A stretch of DNA of 44,007 nt, from IMG/VR virus record IMGVR_UViG_2636415673_000006; one strand, written 5' to 3'. This document shows, one piece after another, positions 8,291 to 17,669 of this stretch. Source of the stretch: a virus. Taxonomy: Duplodnaviria > Heunggongvirae > Uroviricota > Caudoviricetes. Within the stretch, counting starts at the first letter, position 1. Each line of letters opens with the position of its first letter. Under the pieces are notes generated by a model. The model saw only the letters and a program-made list of their open reading frames with translations, was not told where the DNA came from and ran no database searches. Made by a program: the position numbers and the translations under genes.

Positions 8291-8311
8291 AAATTAACCA
8301 CGGAGGTTGTT

Positions 8312-8542
8312 ATGAACCCAGCTATCAAAACAGCGATCAATATCGTTGGTTCACAAAAGAAACTGGGCGCTGCTTGCGAAGTTTCACAGCAGGCCGTCTA
8401 TAAGTGGCTTCACAACAAAGCAAAGGTATCCCCTGAACATGTCGGCAGCATTGTTACGGCTACTGGTGGAGTAGTGAAGGCATACCAGATTCGCCCGGAT
8501 CTTCCGAAGTTGTTTCCACACACCGAAAAGAACGCAGCTTAA
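8312..8542 (+). CDS. cro: Cro-like HTH regulator (YdaS/Cro family)
   Basis: 76-aa ORF divergent from the repressor, RBS GGAGG, HTH-like core (GSQKKLGAACEVSQQAVYKWL). Confidence 0.7.
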   Translation: MNPAIKTAINIVGSQKKLGAACEVSQQAVYKWLHNKAKVSPEHVGSIVTATGGVVKAYQIRPDLPKLFPHTEKNAA

Positions 8543-8611
8543 ATTTCCATTTCACGCTCTTTAACAATAAGCAATCAACTTAACAGTCAATTCAAACTAA
8601 AGGAGTCAATT

Positions 8612-9151
8612 ATGCAACCACTTACATACCAACAGACTAGCGGATTTAGCCCGACTGCGGTGATAAATCGTTCTCAAACAAAACAGGTGCCAGGCCACGA
8701 AAAAATCCGTGATGCCGTCCGCGCCTGGTCGGCTGTAGATAATCAGGATGTCGTTGCCACACTCATTGTGAATGAGTATCGGGAGCAGGGCGGCGGCACC
8801 ATCGATTTCCCTGATGATGTCAGCCGTGCACGCCAGAAGCTGTTCCGCTTCCTCGATAACAAATTCGATTCTGAAAAATACCAAAATAACGTGCGTGAAC
8901 TGACCCCGGCAATTCTGGCGGTACTACCGCTGGAATATCGCGGTTACCTGGTTGAGCAGGATAGCTTCATGGCTCGGCTGGCTGAAATGGAAAAGGAACT
9001 CAGTGAGGCAAAGCAGGCGGTCATTCTCAACGCACCACGCCACCAGAAACTGAAGGAAATTAGTGAAGGTATTGTGTCGATGTTTCGTGTGGACCCAGAT
9101 CTGGCTGGTCCATTGATGGCGATGGTTACTACCATGCTGGGGGCGATATGA
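8612..9151 (+). CDS. YdaT-like protein in the cII position (putative regulatory protein)
   Basis: 179-aa ORF after cro with RBS AGGAG; positional analogue of cII. Family assignment by recollection only. Confidence 0.4.
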   Translation: MQPLTYQQTSGFSPTAVINRSQTKQVPGHEKIRDAVRAWSAVDNQDVVATLIVNEYREQGGGTIDFPDDVSRARQKLFRFLDNKFDSEKYQNNVRELTPAILAVLPLEYRGYLVEQDSFMARLAEMEKELSEAKQAVILNAPRHQKLKEISEGIVSMFRVDPDLAGPLMAMVTTMLGAI

Positions 9152-9237
9152 CAGGTTCAGAAATGGCGAAAGCCGGTCTGCTGGAACAGAACCGACTTTC
9201 AGGTGCAAATCGTAACACACTCATTGCGGGAGGAATT

Positions 9238-10167
9238 ATGGCAAACACTGCTGAGATATTCAATTTTCCAGTGCCGGATGCGGCACAAAAGGAGCCGCGC
9301 GTGGCAGATCTCGATGATGGTTATACGCGCATTGCAAATGAGTTGCTGGAAGCTGTGATGCTGACCGGATTAACACAGCACCAGCTTCTGGTCTTTCTGG
9401 CTGTCATGCGCAAAACATATGGCTTTAATAAAAGACTGGATTGGGTGAGCAACGAGCAACTTTCCGAATTGACCGGGATATTGCCGCACAAGTGTTCTGC
9501 TGCAAAAAGCGTTCTGGTAAAGCGTGGGATTCTTATTCAGAGCGGGCGGAATATCGGCATTAATAATGTGGTCAGTGAATGGTCAACATTACCCGAATCA
9601 GGTAAGAAAAATAAAGTTTACCTGAAAGAGGTAAATTTACCTGAATCAGGTAAGAAAAGTTTACCCAAATCAGGTAAAGGCGTTTACCCGAATCAGGTAA
9701 ACACAAAAGACAAACTAACAAAAGACAATATAAAACCTTTTTCGTCCGAGAATTCTGGCGAATCCTCTGACCAGCCAGAAAACGATCTTCCTGTGGTGAA
9801 ACCGGATGCTGCAATTCAGAGCGGCAGCAAGTGGGGGACAGCAGAAGACCTGACCGCCGCAGAGTGGATGTTTGACATGGTGAAGACTATCGCACCATCA
9901 GCCAGAAAACCGAATTTTGCTGGGTGGGCTAACGATATCCGCCTGATGCGTGAACGTGACGGACGTAACCACCGCGACATGTGCGTGCTGTTCCGCTGGG
10001 CATGCCAGGACAACTTCTGGTCCGGTAACGTGCTGAGCCCGGCCAAACTCCGCGATAAGTGGACCCAACTCGAAATCAACCGTAACAAGCAACAGGCAGG
10101 CGTGATAGCCAGCAAACCAAAACTCGACCTGACGAACACTGACTGGATTTACGGGGTGGAGCTATGA
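9238..10167 (+). CDS. O: Replication initiator O (lambda O family)
   Basis: N-terminus (ANTAEIFNF...VADLDDGYTRIANELLEA...KTYGFNK) parallels lambda O; contains the ori iterons internally. Start set at ATG 9238 with RBS gggagg; the track ORF begins at 9148. Confidence 0.85.
   Translation: MANTAEIFNFPVPDAAQKEPRVADLDDGYTRIANELLEAVMLTGLTQHQLLVFLAVMRKTYGFNKRLDWVSNEQLSELTGILPHKCSAAKSVLVKRGILIQSGRNIGINNVVSEWSTLPESGKKNKVYLKEVNLPESGKKSLPKSGKGVYPNQVNTKDKLTKDNIKPFSSENSGESSDQPENDLPVVKPDAAIQSGSKWGTAEDLTAAEWMFDMVKTIAPSARKPNFAGWANDIRLMRERDGRNHRDMCVLFRWACQDNFWSGNVLSPAKLRDKWTQLEINRNKQQAGVIASKPKLDLTNTDWIYGVEL
9589..9700. repeat. Origin iterons (ori-lambda type) inside the O gene
   Basis: Five ~19-bp direct repeats of consensus tttaccc(g/a)aatcaggtaa at about 23-bp spacing, followed by an A-rich tract (acacaaaagacaaactaacaaaagacaatataaaa). 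Confidence 0.8.
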
Positions 10168-10865
10168 AAAACATCGCCGCACAGATGGTTAACTTTGACC
10201 GTGAGCAGATGCGTCGGATCGCCAACAACATGCCGGAACAGTACGACGAAAAGCCGCAGGTACAACAGGTAGCGCAGATCATCAATGGTGTGTTCAGCCA
10301 GTTACTAGCAACTTTCCCGGCGAGCCTGGCTAACCGGGACCAGAACGAACTGAACGAAATCCGCCGCCAGTGGGTGCTGGCTTTCCGGGAAAACGGGATC
10401 ACCACAATGGAACAGGTTAACGCAGGAATGCGCGTAGCCCGTCGGCAGAATCGACCATTCCTGCCATCACCCGGGCAGTTTGTCGCCTGGTGCCGGGAAG
10501 AAGCATCCATTACCGCCGGGCTGCCAAACGCCAGCGAGCTGGTTGATATGGTTTACGAGTATTGCCGGAAGCGTGGCCTGTATCCGGACGCAGAGTCTTA
10601 TCCATGGAAATCGAACGCGCACTACTGGCTGGTTACCAACCTGTACCAGAACATGCGAGCCAATGCGCTGACTGACGCGGAATTACGGCGCAAGGCTGCC
10701 GATGAACTGACCTGTATGACAGCGCGAATTAACCGTGGTGAGGCTATACCTGAACCAGTAAAACAACTTCCTGTCATGGGCGGTAGACCTCTAAATCGTG
10801 CACAGGCTCTGGCGAAGATCGCAGAAATCAAAGCTAAGTTTGGGCTTAAAGGAGCAAGTGTATGA
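10164..10865 (+). CDS. P: Replication protein P (DnaB helicase loader)
   Basis: 233-aa ORF recognised as near-identical to lambda P (MKNIAAQMVNFDREQMRRIANNMPEQYDEKPQVQQ...). Confidence 0.95.
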   Translation: MKNIAAQMVNFDREQMRRIANNMPEQYDEKPQVQQVAQIINGVFSQLLATFPASLANRDQNELNEIRRQWVLAFRENGITTMEQVNAGMRVARRQNRPFLPSPGQFVAWCREEASITAGLPNASELVDMVYEYCRKRGLYPDAESYPWKSNAHYWLVTNLYQNMRANALTDAELRRKAADELTCMTARINRGEAIPEPVKQLPVMGGRPLNRAQALAKIAEIKAKFGLKGASV

Positions 10866-11164
10866 CGGGCAAAGAGGCAATTATTCATTACCTGGGGACT
10901 CATAAGAACTTCTGTGCGCAGGACGTTGCCGCGGTAACAGGCGCAACCGTAACCAGCATAAATCAGGCTGCGGCTAAAATGGCGCGGGCAGGAATCCTGG
11001 TCGTTGATGGTAAGGTCTGGCGAACGGTGTATTACCGGTTCGCTACCAGAGAAGAACGGGAAGGAAAGGTGAGCACGAATCTGATTTTTAAGGAGTGTCG
11101 CCAGAGTGCCGCGATGAAACGGGTATTGAGGGTATATAAAAGAACATCAATGGGTACACAATGA
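10862..11164 (+). CDS. ren: Ren exclusion protein
   Basis: MTGKEAIIHYLGTH...VTSINQAAAKMARAG matches lambda/DLP12 Ren; the C-terminus diverges where cargo follows. Confidence 0.85.
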   Translation: MTGKEAIIHYLGTHKNFCAQDVAAVTGATVTSINQAAAKMARAGILVVDGKVWRTVYYRFATREEREGKVSTNLIFKECRQSAAMKRVLRVYKRTSMGTQ

Positions 11165-11231
11165 TGAAACAGGTGAGTTGAGTTCAAACTGTAGTACAAT
11201 TCTCTCCAGTTTGAACAGGAAAGAATATGCT

Positions 11232-11564
11232 ATGAACCCTTATATTTATCTTGGTGGTGCAATACTTGCAGAGGTCATTGGTACAACCTTAATGAAGTTT
11301 TCAGAAGGTTTTACACGGTTATGGCCATCTGTTGGTACAATTATTTGTTATTGTGCATCATTCTGGTTATTAGCTCAGACGCTGGCTTATATTCCTACAG
11401 GGATTGCTTATGCTATCTGGTCAGGAGTCGGTATTGTCCTGATTAGCTTACTGTCATGGGGACTTTTCGGCCAACGGCTGGACCTGCCAGCCATTATAGG
11501 CATGATGTTGATTTGTGCCGGTGTGTTGGTTATTAATTTATTGTCACGAAGCACACCACATTAA
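11232..11564 (+). CDS. emrE: SMR-family multidrug efflux transporter EmrE
   Basis: 110-aa four-TM protein MNPYIYLGGAILAEVIGTTLMKFSEGFTRLW... recognised as E. coli EmrE. Start set at the internal ATG; the track ORF begins at 11178. Confidence 0.9.
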   Translation: MNPYIYLGGAILAEVIGTTLMKFSEGFTRLWPSVGTIICYCASFWLLAQTLAYIPTGIAYAIWSGVGIVLISLLSWGLFGQRLDLPAIIGMMLICAGVLVINLLSRSTPH

Positions 11565-11594
11565 AATAATTTGTTTCTAAACGACTAAAATATG

Positions 11595-11635
11595 GAGGCT
11601 CTTATATTTATATGAGCCTCGTTTTATGCTTTTTG
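11595..11635 (+). terminator. Rho-independent terminator after emrE
   Basis: gaggctc-ttatatttatat-gagcctc followed by gttttatgcttttt. Confidence 0.45.
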
Positions 11636-11818
11636 TTAATGTCTTTATTTTTTATGTATTCTTTTGTGCTTTCAAGATTATGGCGTAAGAAAATTGCAAT
11701 ACGATTATTGTTGTATATTCAAGATAATGTGACCTTAATTGTCTTTTTAAATAAAAATTAAACAAAAATTATATCCCACCACTAAGGTTTATAAAAGCAT
11801 ACGTTAGCAGGTGTCACC

Positions 11819-13345
11819 ATGAAAAAAGCCATAGCATATATGCGATTTTCATCACCAGGTCAGATATCTGGTGACTCATTAAACCGACAGAGAAGACTTA
11901 TTGCTGAATGGTTAAAGGTAAATAGTGATTATTATCTTGATACCATAACATATGAAGATTTAGGATTAAGTGCATTCAAAGGAAAGCATGCACAATCAGG
12001 AGCTTTTTCGGAATTTTTAGATGCTATAGAGCATGGTTATATATTGCCAGGAACTACATTGTTAGTTGAAAGTCTGGACAGACTTTCAAGAGAAAAAGTC
12101 GGTGAAGCGATTGAACGTCTGAAATTGATTTTGAATCACGGTATTGATGTTATAACTCTTTGCGACAATACAGTCTATAATATTGACTCTTTGAATGAGC
12201 CATATTCATTAATAAAAGCCATACTTATAGCACAAAGGGCAAATGAAGAAAGCGAGATAAAGTCAAGTCGGGTTAAATTATCATGGAAGAAAAAACGGCA
12301 GGATGCACTGGAATCAGGTACGATTATGACGGCGTCTTGTCCGAGATGGCTCTCATTGGATGACAAAAGAACGGCTTTTGTTCCAGACCCCGACAGGGTG
12401 AAAACTATTGAGCTAATTTTTAAACTCAGGATGGAAAGGCGCTCATTGAATGCAATAGCCAAGTATTTAAATGATCATGCTGTAAAGAATTTCTCAGGAA
12501 AAGAAAGTGCATGGGGACCTTCTGTAATTGAAAAATTATTAGCGAATAAAGCTCTGATAGGTATATGCGTACCTTCATATCGTGCAAGAGGGAAAGGGAT
12601 AAGTGAAATCGCTGGCTATTATCCCAGAGTCATATCAGATGATTTGTTTTACGCTGTACAGGAAATTCGGTTGGCACCTTTTGGTATTAGCAATAGTAGC
12701 AAGAATCCTATGCTAATAAATCTACTTCGAACAGTTATGAAGTGTGAGGCTTGTGGTAATACCATGATTGTTCATGCGGTATCTGGAAGTTTGCATGGCT
12801 ATTATGTTTGTCCGATGAGAAGATTACATCGATGTGACAGGCCATCAATAAAAAGAGATTTGGTTGATTATAATATCATTAATGAATTGCTTTTTAATTG
12901 TAGCAAAATTCAACCAGTTGAAAACAAGAAAGATGCTAATGAAACTTTAGAGTTAAAAATTATTGAGCTTCAGATGAAAATTAATAATTTAATTGCTGCA
13001 TTATCTGTTGCGCCTGAAGTTACCGCTATAGCAGAAAAAATCAGAGTATTAGATAAGGAATTACGAAGGGCTTCTGTATCATTAAAAACTTTGAAGAGTA
13101 AAGCGGTGAGCTCACTTGGTGATTTTCATGCTATTGACTTAACCAGTAAAAATGGGCGAGAGCTATGTCGTACACTTGCCTATAAAACATTCGAAAAAAT
13201 CATAATCAATACAGATAATAAAACCTGTGATATCTATTTTATGAATGGCATTGTTTTTAAACACTATCCTTTAATGAAAACAATATCCGCCCAGCAGGCG
13301 ATAAGTACTCTCAAATATATGGTTGATGGTGAGGTTTATTTTTGA
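11819..13345 (+). CDS. ybcK: Large serine recombinase (resolvase/invertase N-domain + recombinase domain + zinc ribbon), YbcK-like
   Basis: 508-aa ORF; N-terminal serine-recombinase motif (AIAYMRFSSPGQ...SLDRLSRE) and C-terminal Cys cluster (CEACGNTM...YYVCPMRRLHRC); AT-rich gene. Confidence 0.8.
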   Translation: MKKAIAYMRFSSPGQISGDSLNRQRRLIAEWLKVNSDYYLDTITYEDLGLSAFKGKHAQSGAFSEFLDAIEHGYILPGTTLLVESLDRLSREKVGEAIERLKLILNHGIDVITLCDNTVYNIDSLNEPYSLIKAILIAQRANEESEIKSSRVKLSWKKKRQDALESGTIMTASCPRWLSLDDKRTAFVPDPDRVKTIELIFKLRMERRSLNAIAKYLNDHAVKNFSGKESAWGPSVIEKLLANKALIGICVPSYRARGKGISEIAGYYPRVISDDLFYAVQEIRLAPFGISNSSKNPMLINLLRTVMKCEACGNTMIVHAVSGSLHGYYVCPMRRLHRCDRPSIKRDLVDYNIINELLFNCSKIQPVENKKDANETLELKIIELQMKINNLIAALSVAPEVTAIAEKIRVLDKELRRASVSLKTLKSKAVSSLGDFHAIDLTSKNGRELCRTLAYKTFEKIIINTDNKTCDIYFMNGIVFKHYPLMKTISAQQAISTLKYMVDGEVYF

Positions 13346-13456
13346 GTAATAATCACTTTTTCAACCGTGCTATAGTAAGAAAGTTAGGTAAGTACAATAA
13401 AATTATCTATCCTGAACGAAGCGTCCTGAGCTATGATTTTACTATAGGGACTGCCA

Positions 13457-13780
13457 ATGGATGCTGGCGTTCTCGTTCTAGCAGTTCAACAATCCCCAAT
13501 CACAAAACAATTCACTGATAACGAACTTTGCACACTCGCCTGGTTATGGCGAGCAGGGAATGTGATGTTAATTGCCTACCAGAACGTTACTCATCTTCTT
13601 CAGGATGCGGAGCATGGTGAAGCTGGTCACTTCACTTCCATCGAGCAAGAATATCCCCAGATACTCAACAGAGCGCGAGCAATCCTCGTCCGAGAAACGG
13701 CACATGTAAAACTTCAGCCGTGGCAGGATGATAAGTGGAGTCGAGTATTGCCGCATTTACCTCAGAATCTGTTTCAATAA
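13457..13780 (+). CDS. Hypothetical protein
   Basis: 107-aa ORF in the nin-region cargo; followed by a 10-bp perfect inverted repeat (cttccgtcat/atgacggaag) at 13799-13826. Confidence 0.4.
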   Translation: MDAGVLVLAVQQSPITKQFTDNELCTLAWLWRAGNVMLIAYQNVTHLLQDAEHGEAGHFTSIEQEYPQILNRARAILVRETAHVKLQPWQDDKWSRVLPHLPQNLFQ

Positions 13781-13954
13781 AGGCGCTAGTTAGTAAGGCT
13801 TCCGTCATTCTGCGATGACGGAAGTGCGGGCTGCGTACGGGAGAGCAATTGCATGAATAATATAAATATTCCGCTCACTCCATATAGCGATTTCTGATAC
13901 AAACTTATCTATTGTGGTAAAATTATAGAAACAAACTTATAGCGTACTAACCAT

Positions 13955-14737
13955 ATGGACAATATTAATAAACACGGGCTCTCAAGAAGAATACCTGAGA
14001 CAATAAAACGTCAGATAAGGCAAAGGTGCGGCTTTGGCTGTGTAATTTGTGGATTTGGATTTTATGATTATGAGCATTTTAAACCTGACTTCGTTGATGC
14101 CAAAGTACATGATCCGAATGGAATGACACTTCTTTGCTCCCAATGCAATCAAAAAAGAGCTCGTGGTAGACTTTCAGCACAGACAGTGGAAATAGCTGAC
14201 AGAAATCCCAAGTGCTTACAGGCTGGTTTTGCAAATGAAATGTTTGATTTTCATAATGAGCCTATAACAGTAAAATTTGCAGGAGTGACGTTTCATAACT
14301 GTCAAAATTTGATTGTAGTCAATGAACAACCCATTCTTTCTGTGAAACCTTCACCCATACCACATGGACCGATGCTTTTATCAGGAATTTTCTGTAATTC
14401 TATTGGTAAGGAGACTTTACTGATAGATGAAAATGAATGGAAAGCTAAATCAGACAATTGGGATGTGGAGTGTACCGGCCCGCGTATAACAATACGACGT
14501 GGGCCAGGAGAGTTTGCCCTCGTTCTAAAAATGGAACCTCCAACAGGATTGATTGTTGAGCGTCTTGATATGTTGTATGAAGGGGTCAGGATGAAAGGAG
14601 ATAAAGATCTGCTGGAAGTTTCGATTAATGGAGGTCCCTTGCACAGATGGCAATCATGCTCAATGTCAAATTGCCATACAGGGCTTGCGATTCAGGGCGG
14701 TATTAGAGCTGCTAATGATCCTTTGTATTGCGCCTAA
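13955..14737 (+). CDS. HNH-nuclease-domain protein with uncharacterised C-terminal domain
   Basis: 260-aa ORF; N-terminal HNH-like zinc-finger block (CGFGCVICG...YDYEH...NGMTLLCSQCNQKRARG); about 180 aa of unrecognised sequence follows. Confidence 0.55.
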   Translation: MDNINKHGLSRRIPETIKRQIRQRCGFGCVICGFGFYDYEHFKPDFVDAKVHDPNGMTLLCSQCNQKRARGRLSAQTVEIADRNPKCLQAGFANEMFDFHNEPITVKFAGVTFHNCQNLIVVNEQPILSVKPSPIPHGPMLLSGIFCNSIGKETLLIDENEWKAKSDNWDVECTGPRITIRRGPGEFALVLKMEPPTGLIVERLDMLYEGVRMKGDKDLLEVSINGGPLHRWQSCSMSNCHTGLAIQGGIRAANDPLYCA

Positions 14738-14929
14738 ATCCACTAAATTGATTTTCAACAATCAACTTGCCATAATTAAGTCACCGGAGTTTGAACTCCT
14801 CCGGTGACTTCTGCGCTAAACGGGGACGTTTATGCGCACATACAATCCAACCTCTCTTCTCCATTCTCAGATGCAGAAATGCACCTGCGATATTTTGCAT
14901 CCAGCGTTTGATCTCTGCGGAGGTGAAGC

Positions 14930-15385
14930 GTGAACCTCCCACAAGATGGTATCAAATTGCATCGCGGTAACTTCACCGCTATCGGTCGGCAGATCCAGCC
15001 TTATCTGGAGGACGGCAAATGCTTTCGCATGGTGCTTAAACCGTGGCGCGAGAGACGCAGTCTTTCCCAGAATGCACTCAGCCACATGTGGTACAGCGAA
15101 ATCAGTGAATACCTCATCAGCAAGGGTAAAACGTTCGCCACTCCAGCTTGGGTAAAAGATGCTCTCAAACACACATATCTCGGTTATGAAACCAAAGACC
15201 TGGTTGATGTCGTAACCGGTGATATCACCACTATCCAGTCGTTACGCCATACCTCCGATCTTGATACCGGAGAGATGTATGTCTTCCTGTGTAAGGTTGA
15301 AGCCTGGGCGGTGAATATTGGCTGCCACCTGACTATTCCGCAGAGCTGCGAGTTCCAGCTGCTCCGCGACAAGCAGGAGGCGTAA
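14930..15385 (+). CDS. ninB: NinB/Orf-family recombination protein (YbcN-like)
   Basis: 151-aa ORF with the NinB-type motif [17 protein letters not shown]; stop overlaps the ninE start (TAATG). Confidence 0.65.
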   Translation: MNLPQDGIKLHRGNFTAIGRQIQPYLEDGKCFRMVLKPWRERRSLSQNALSHMWYSEISEYLISKGKTFATPAWVKDALKHTYLGYETKDLVDVVTGDITTIQSLRHTSDLDTGEMYVFLCKVEAWAVNIGCHLTIPQSCEFQLLRDKQEA

Positions 15386-15555
15386 TGGCTACACCGCTTA
15401 TTCGTGTCATGAACGGACACATCTACAGAGTACCAAATCGTCGTAAGCGTAAACCTGAGCTGAAGCCATCCGAAATACCAACACTGCTCGGATATACCGC
15501 CAGCTTGGTTGATAAAAAATGGTTGCGACTGGCAGCAAGGAGGAGTCATGGCTGA
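15385..15555 (+). CDS. ninE: NinE-like small basic protein
   Basis: Hand-translated 56-aa [59 protein letters not shown] in the conserved ninB-ninE-ybcO-rusA arrangement. Confidence 0.6.
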   Translation: MATPLIRVMNGHIYRVPNRRKRKPELKPSEIPTLLGYTASLVDKKWLRLAARRSHG

Positions 15556-15838
15556 TTTGAGAAAAGCAGCGCGTGGTCGGGAATGCCAGGTAAGAATCCC
15601 TGGCGTATGTAATGGCAATTCTGAAACGTCTGTACTGGCACATATCCGGCTGGCTGGATTGTGCGGTACCGGTATCAAACCGCCAGACCTGATTGCCACC
15701 ATTGCATGTTCTGCCTGCCACGACGAAATCGACCGCCGCACACATTTTGTCGATGCTGCATATGCAAAAGAATGCGCGCTGGAAGGTATGGCGAGAACAC
15801 AGGTTATCTGGCTGAAAGAGGGGGTTATTAAGGCGTGA
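15548..15838 (+). CDS. ybcO: YbcO-like protein (DUF1364, putative nuclease)
   Basis: 96-aa Cys-rich ORF from [23 protein letters not shown]...; the track ORF starts upstream at 15509. Confidence 0.7.
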   Translation: MADLRKAARGRECQVRIPGVCNGNSETSVLAHIRLAGLCGTGIKPPDLIATIACSACHDEIDRRTHFVDAAYAKECALEGMARTQVIWLKEGVIKA

Positions 15839-16197
15839 ATACCTACAGTATCACATTACCCTGGCCTCCGAGCAATAATCGCTATTACCGCCATAATCGC
15901 GGGCGCACGCACGTCAGTGCAGAGGGGCAGGCATACCGCGATAACGTCGCCCGAATCATTAAAAACGCAATGCTGGATATCGGCCTGGCTATGCCTGTGA
16001 AAATCCGCATTGAGTGCCACATGCCGGATTGCCGTAGCCGTGACCTGGATAATCTGCAAAAAGCCGCTTTTGACGCACTCACTAAAGCAGGTTTCTGGCT
16101 GGATGATGCTCAGGTCGTTGATTACCGCGTTGTGAAGATGCCTGTTACCAAAGGTGGGAGGCTGGAACTGACCATCACCGAAATGGGGAATGAATGA
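15835..16197 (+). CDS. rusA: Holliday-junction resolvase RusA
   Basis: 120-aa [27 protein letters not shown]... recognised as RusA. Confidence 0.9.
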   Translation: MNTYSITLPWPPSNNRYYRHNRGRTHVSAEGQAYRDNVARIIKNAMLDIGLAMPVKIRIECHMPDCRSRDLDNLQKAAFDALTKAGFWLDDAQVVDYRVVKMPVTKGGRLELTITEMGNE

Positions 16198-16334
16198 TGT
16201 TTGAGTTTAATATGGCAGAACTTCTTCGCCACCGCTGGGGGCGTCTGCGCTTATATCGTTTCCCCGGCTCTGTTTTGACCGATTACCGAATACTGAAGAA
16301 TTACGCCAAAACACTGACAGGAGCAGGAGTATGA
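16194..16334 (+). CDS. ylcG: YlcG-like small protein
   Basis: Hand-translated 46-aa [49 protein letters not shown] overlapping the rusA stop. Confidence 0.5.
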   Translation: MMFEFNMAELLRHRWGRLRLYRFPGSVLTDYRILKNYAKTLTGAGV

Positions 16335-16419
16335 AGTCAGAGATAACAATCAACTAATACTGTTTTGTTGATTTTTGCTTGTAATTGGCGTTCTGGTCTG
16401 AGTTTTGTGGAGTAAGTTG

Positions 16420-16797
16420 ATGCGTGATATTCAGATGGTTCTTGAGCGTTGGGGAGCGTGGGCGGCTAATAATCATGAAGATGTGACCTGGTCGTCCATT
16501 GCCGCCGGTTTTAAGGGATTAATTCCTTCAAAAGTAAAATCTCGCCCGCAATGTTGTGACGATGACGCGATGATCATTTGCGGGTGCATGGCCCGTCTGA
16601 AAAAGAACAACAGCGATTTGCATGATTTATTGGTGGACTATTATGTCGGCGGCATGACTTTTATGGCGCTTGCACGTAAGCATGGGCGATCTGATTGTTG
16701 GGTTGGCAGGATGCTCCAGAAAGCTGAGGGCGTAGTGGAGGGTATGCTGATGGTGTTGGATCTCCGATTGGAGATGGATGCTGATTGTTCGAAATAA
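16420..16797 (+). CDS. quuD: Late-gene antiterminator Q (phage-82/DLP12 QuuD type)
   Basis: [24 protein letters not shown]... with a Cys cluster ([12 protein letters not shown]); position immediately upstream of tR' and the lysis genes. The track ORF starts at 16405. Confidence 0.8.
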   Translation: MRDIQMVLERWGAWAANNHEDVTWSSIAAGFKGLIPSKVKSRPQCCDDDAMIICGCMARLKKNNSDLHDLLVDYYVGGMTFMALARKHGRSDCWVGRMLQKAEGVVEGMLMVLDLRLEMDADCSK

Positions 16798-16896
16798 TTA
16801 AAGGAAAAGTTGCTGTCTGATTCTCATTAGTCTAACATTTTAAATGTTGGAATCGCAACGTAGTTATTATCATATAACAGCTTGTTTCCTGATTTA

Positions 16897-16925
16897 GCCA
16901 GCCTCCCCAAAGGCTGGTTTTTTTC
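16897..16925 (+). terminator. tR'-like rho-independent terminator (end of the short pR' transcript)
   Basis: ccagcc-tccccaaa-ggctgg followed by T7, about 100 bp downstream of Q. Confidence 0.6.
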
Positions 16926-16952
16926 TAATAAGTATTATTTCGGGTAGGGATT

Positions 16953-17477
16953 TTATTGTTTAACCCATAATAATTCATTGACATTGAATCCCAACTTTTG
17001 AGCGGTTCGCACATAGTCTGCTTTTACTTTATCTGGAATAGTTGGGGTCCTTGCCAGAATCCATAGGTATTCTCTGTTCGGACCACTGACAAGAGCATAC
17101 TTATACTCATCATCCAGTTTGATTACATTATAGCCACCATAGAAGGGGCCAAAAAACGAAACCTTCAACGCTGCAGTTTTAGTATCTCCAGTAAAGTATG
17201 CTTTACCTTCGCTCTCGCTCCATTTATTTTTCGTTGGATCGTATCCACGGTTAAGTACACGAATCCCTCCGTCGTTCCGTTTTCCATAGGTAGCGCTGAC
17301 CTGTTCCAGACCACGTTCGAACCGGTTCTCGAGGCGAGCTATTTCATACCATTTTCCGAGGTAGCGGTTGGCGTCAAAATTTGTAATCGGCTGCACACCT
17401 TTAGGTGGTGTCGGGGCCTTACATGCTATAAGAGTGAAAGAGAGTGCAATGCCAGTCAACACAGGCCATAACTTCAT
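16953..17477 (-). CDS. blc: Bacterial lipocalin Blc-like outer-membrane lipoprotein
   Basis: 174-aa ORF with lipobox (LIAC) and lipocalin signature (NFDANRYLGKWYEIARLENRFERG ... YLWILARTP), strongly resembling E. coli Blc. Confidence 0.85.
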   Translation of the reverse strand: MKLWPVLTGIALSFTLIACKAPTPPKGVQPITNFDANRYLGKWYEIARLENRFERGLEQVSATYGKRNDGGIRVLNRGYDPTKNKWSESEGKAYFTGDTKTAALKVSFFGPFYGGYNVIKLDDEYKYALVSGPNREYLWILARTPTIPDKVKADYVRTAQKLGFNVNELLWVKQ

Positions 17478-17669
17478 AATAAATCCTGTACTTTTGATAG
17501 TTGAGAGTAAGTATGAAAGATAGATGATTACGACCGATCACTTAAAGAACTTTCATACTATATTAGGAATAGTCTATAACAGAAAAATTGTCAGTGATGA
17601 CGCCAGAAAGGCAATTTATTCCGTGCACTACACAGTTTATGTGTTAATGAATTAGTCAAGGGGGAGAAT

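Noticed and set aside
9589-9700. Regular direct repeats that could be mistaken for a CRISPR array
   Set aside because: Repeats are about 19 bp with short irregular spacers, lie inside the O coding sequence and match the ori-lambda iteron pattern; no cas genes present.
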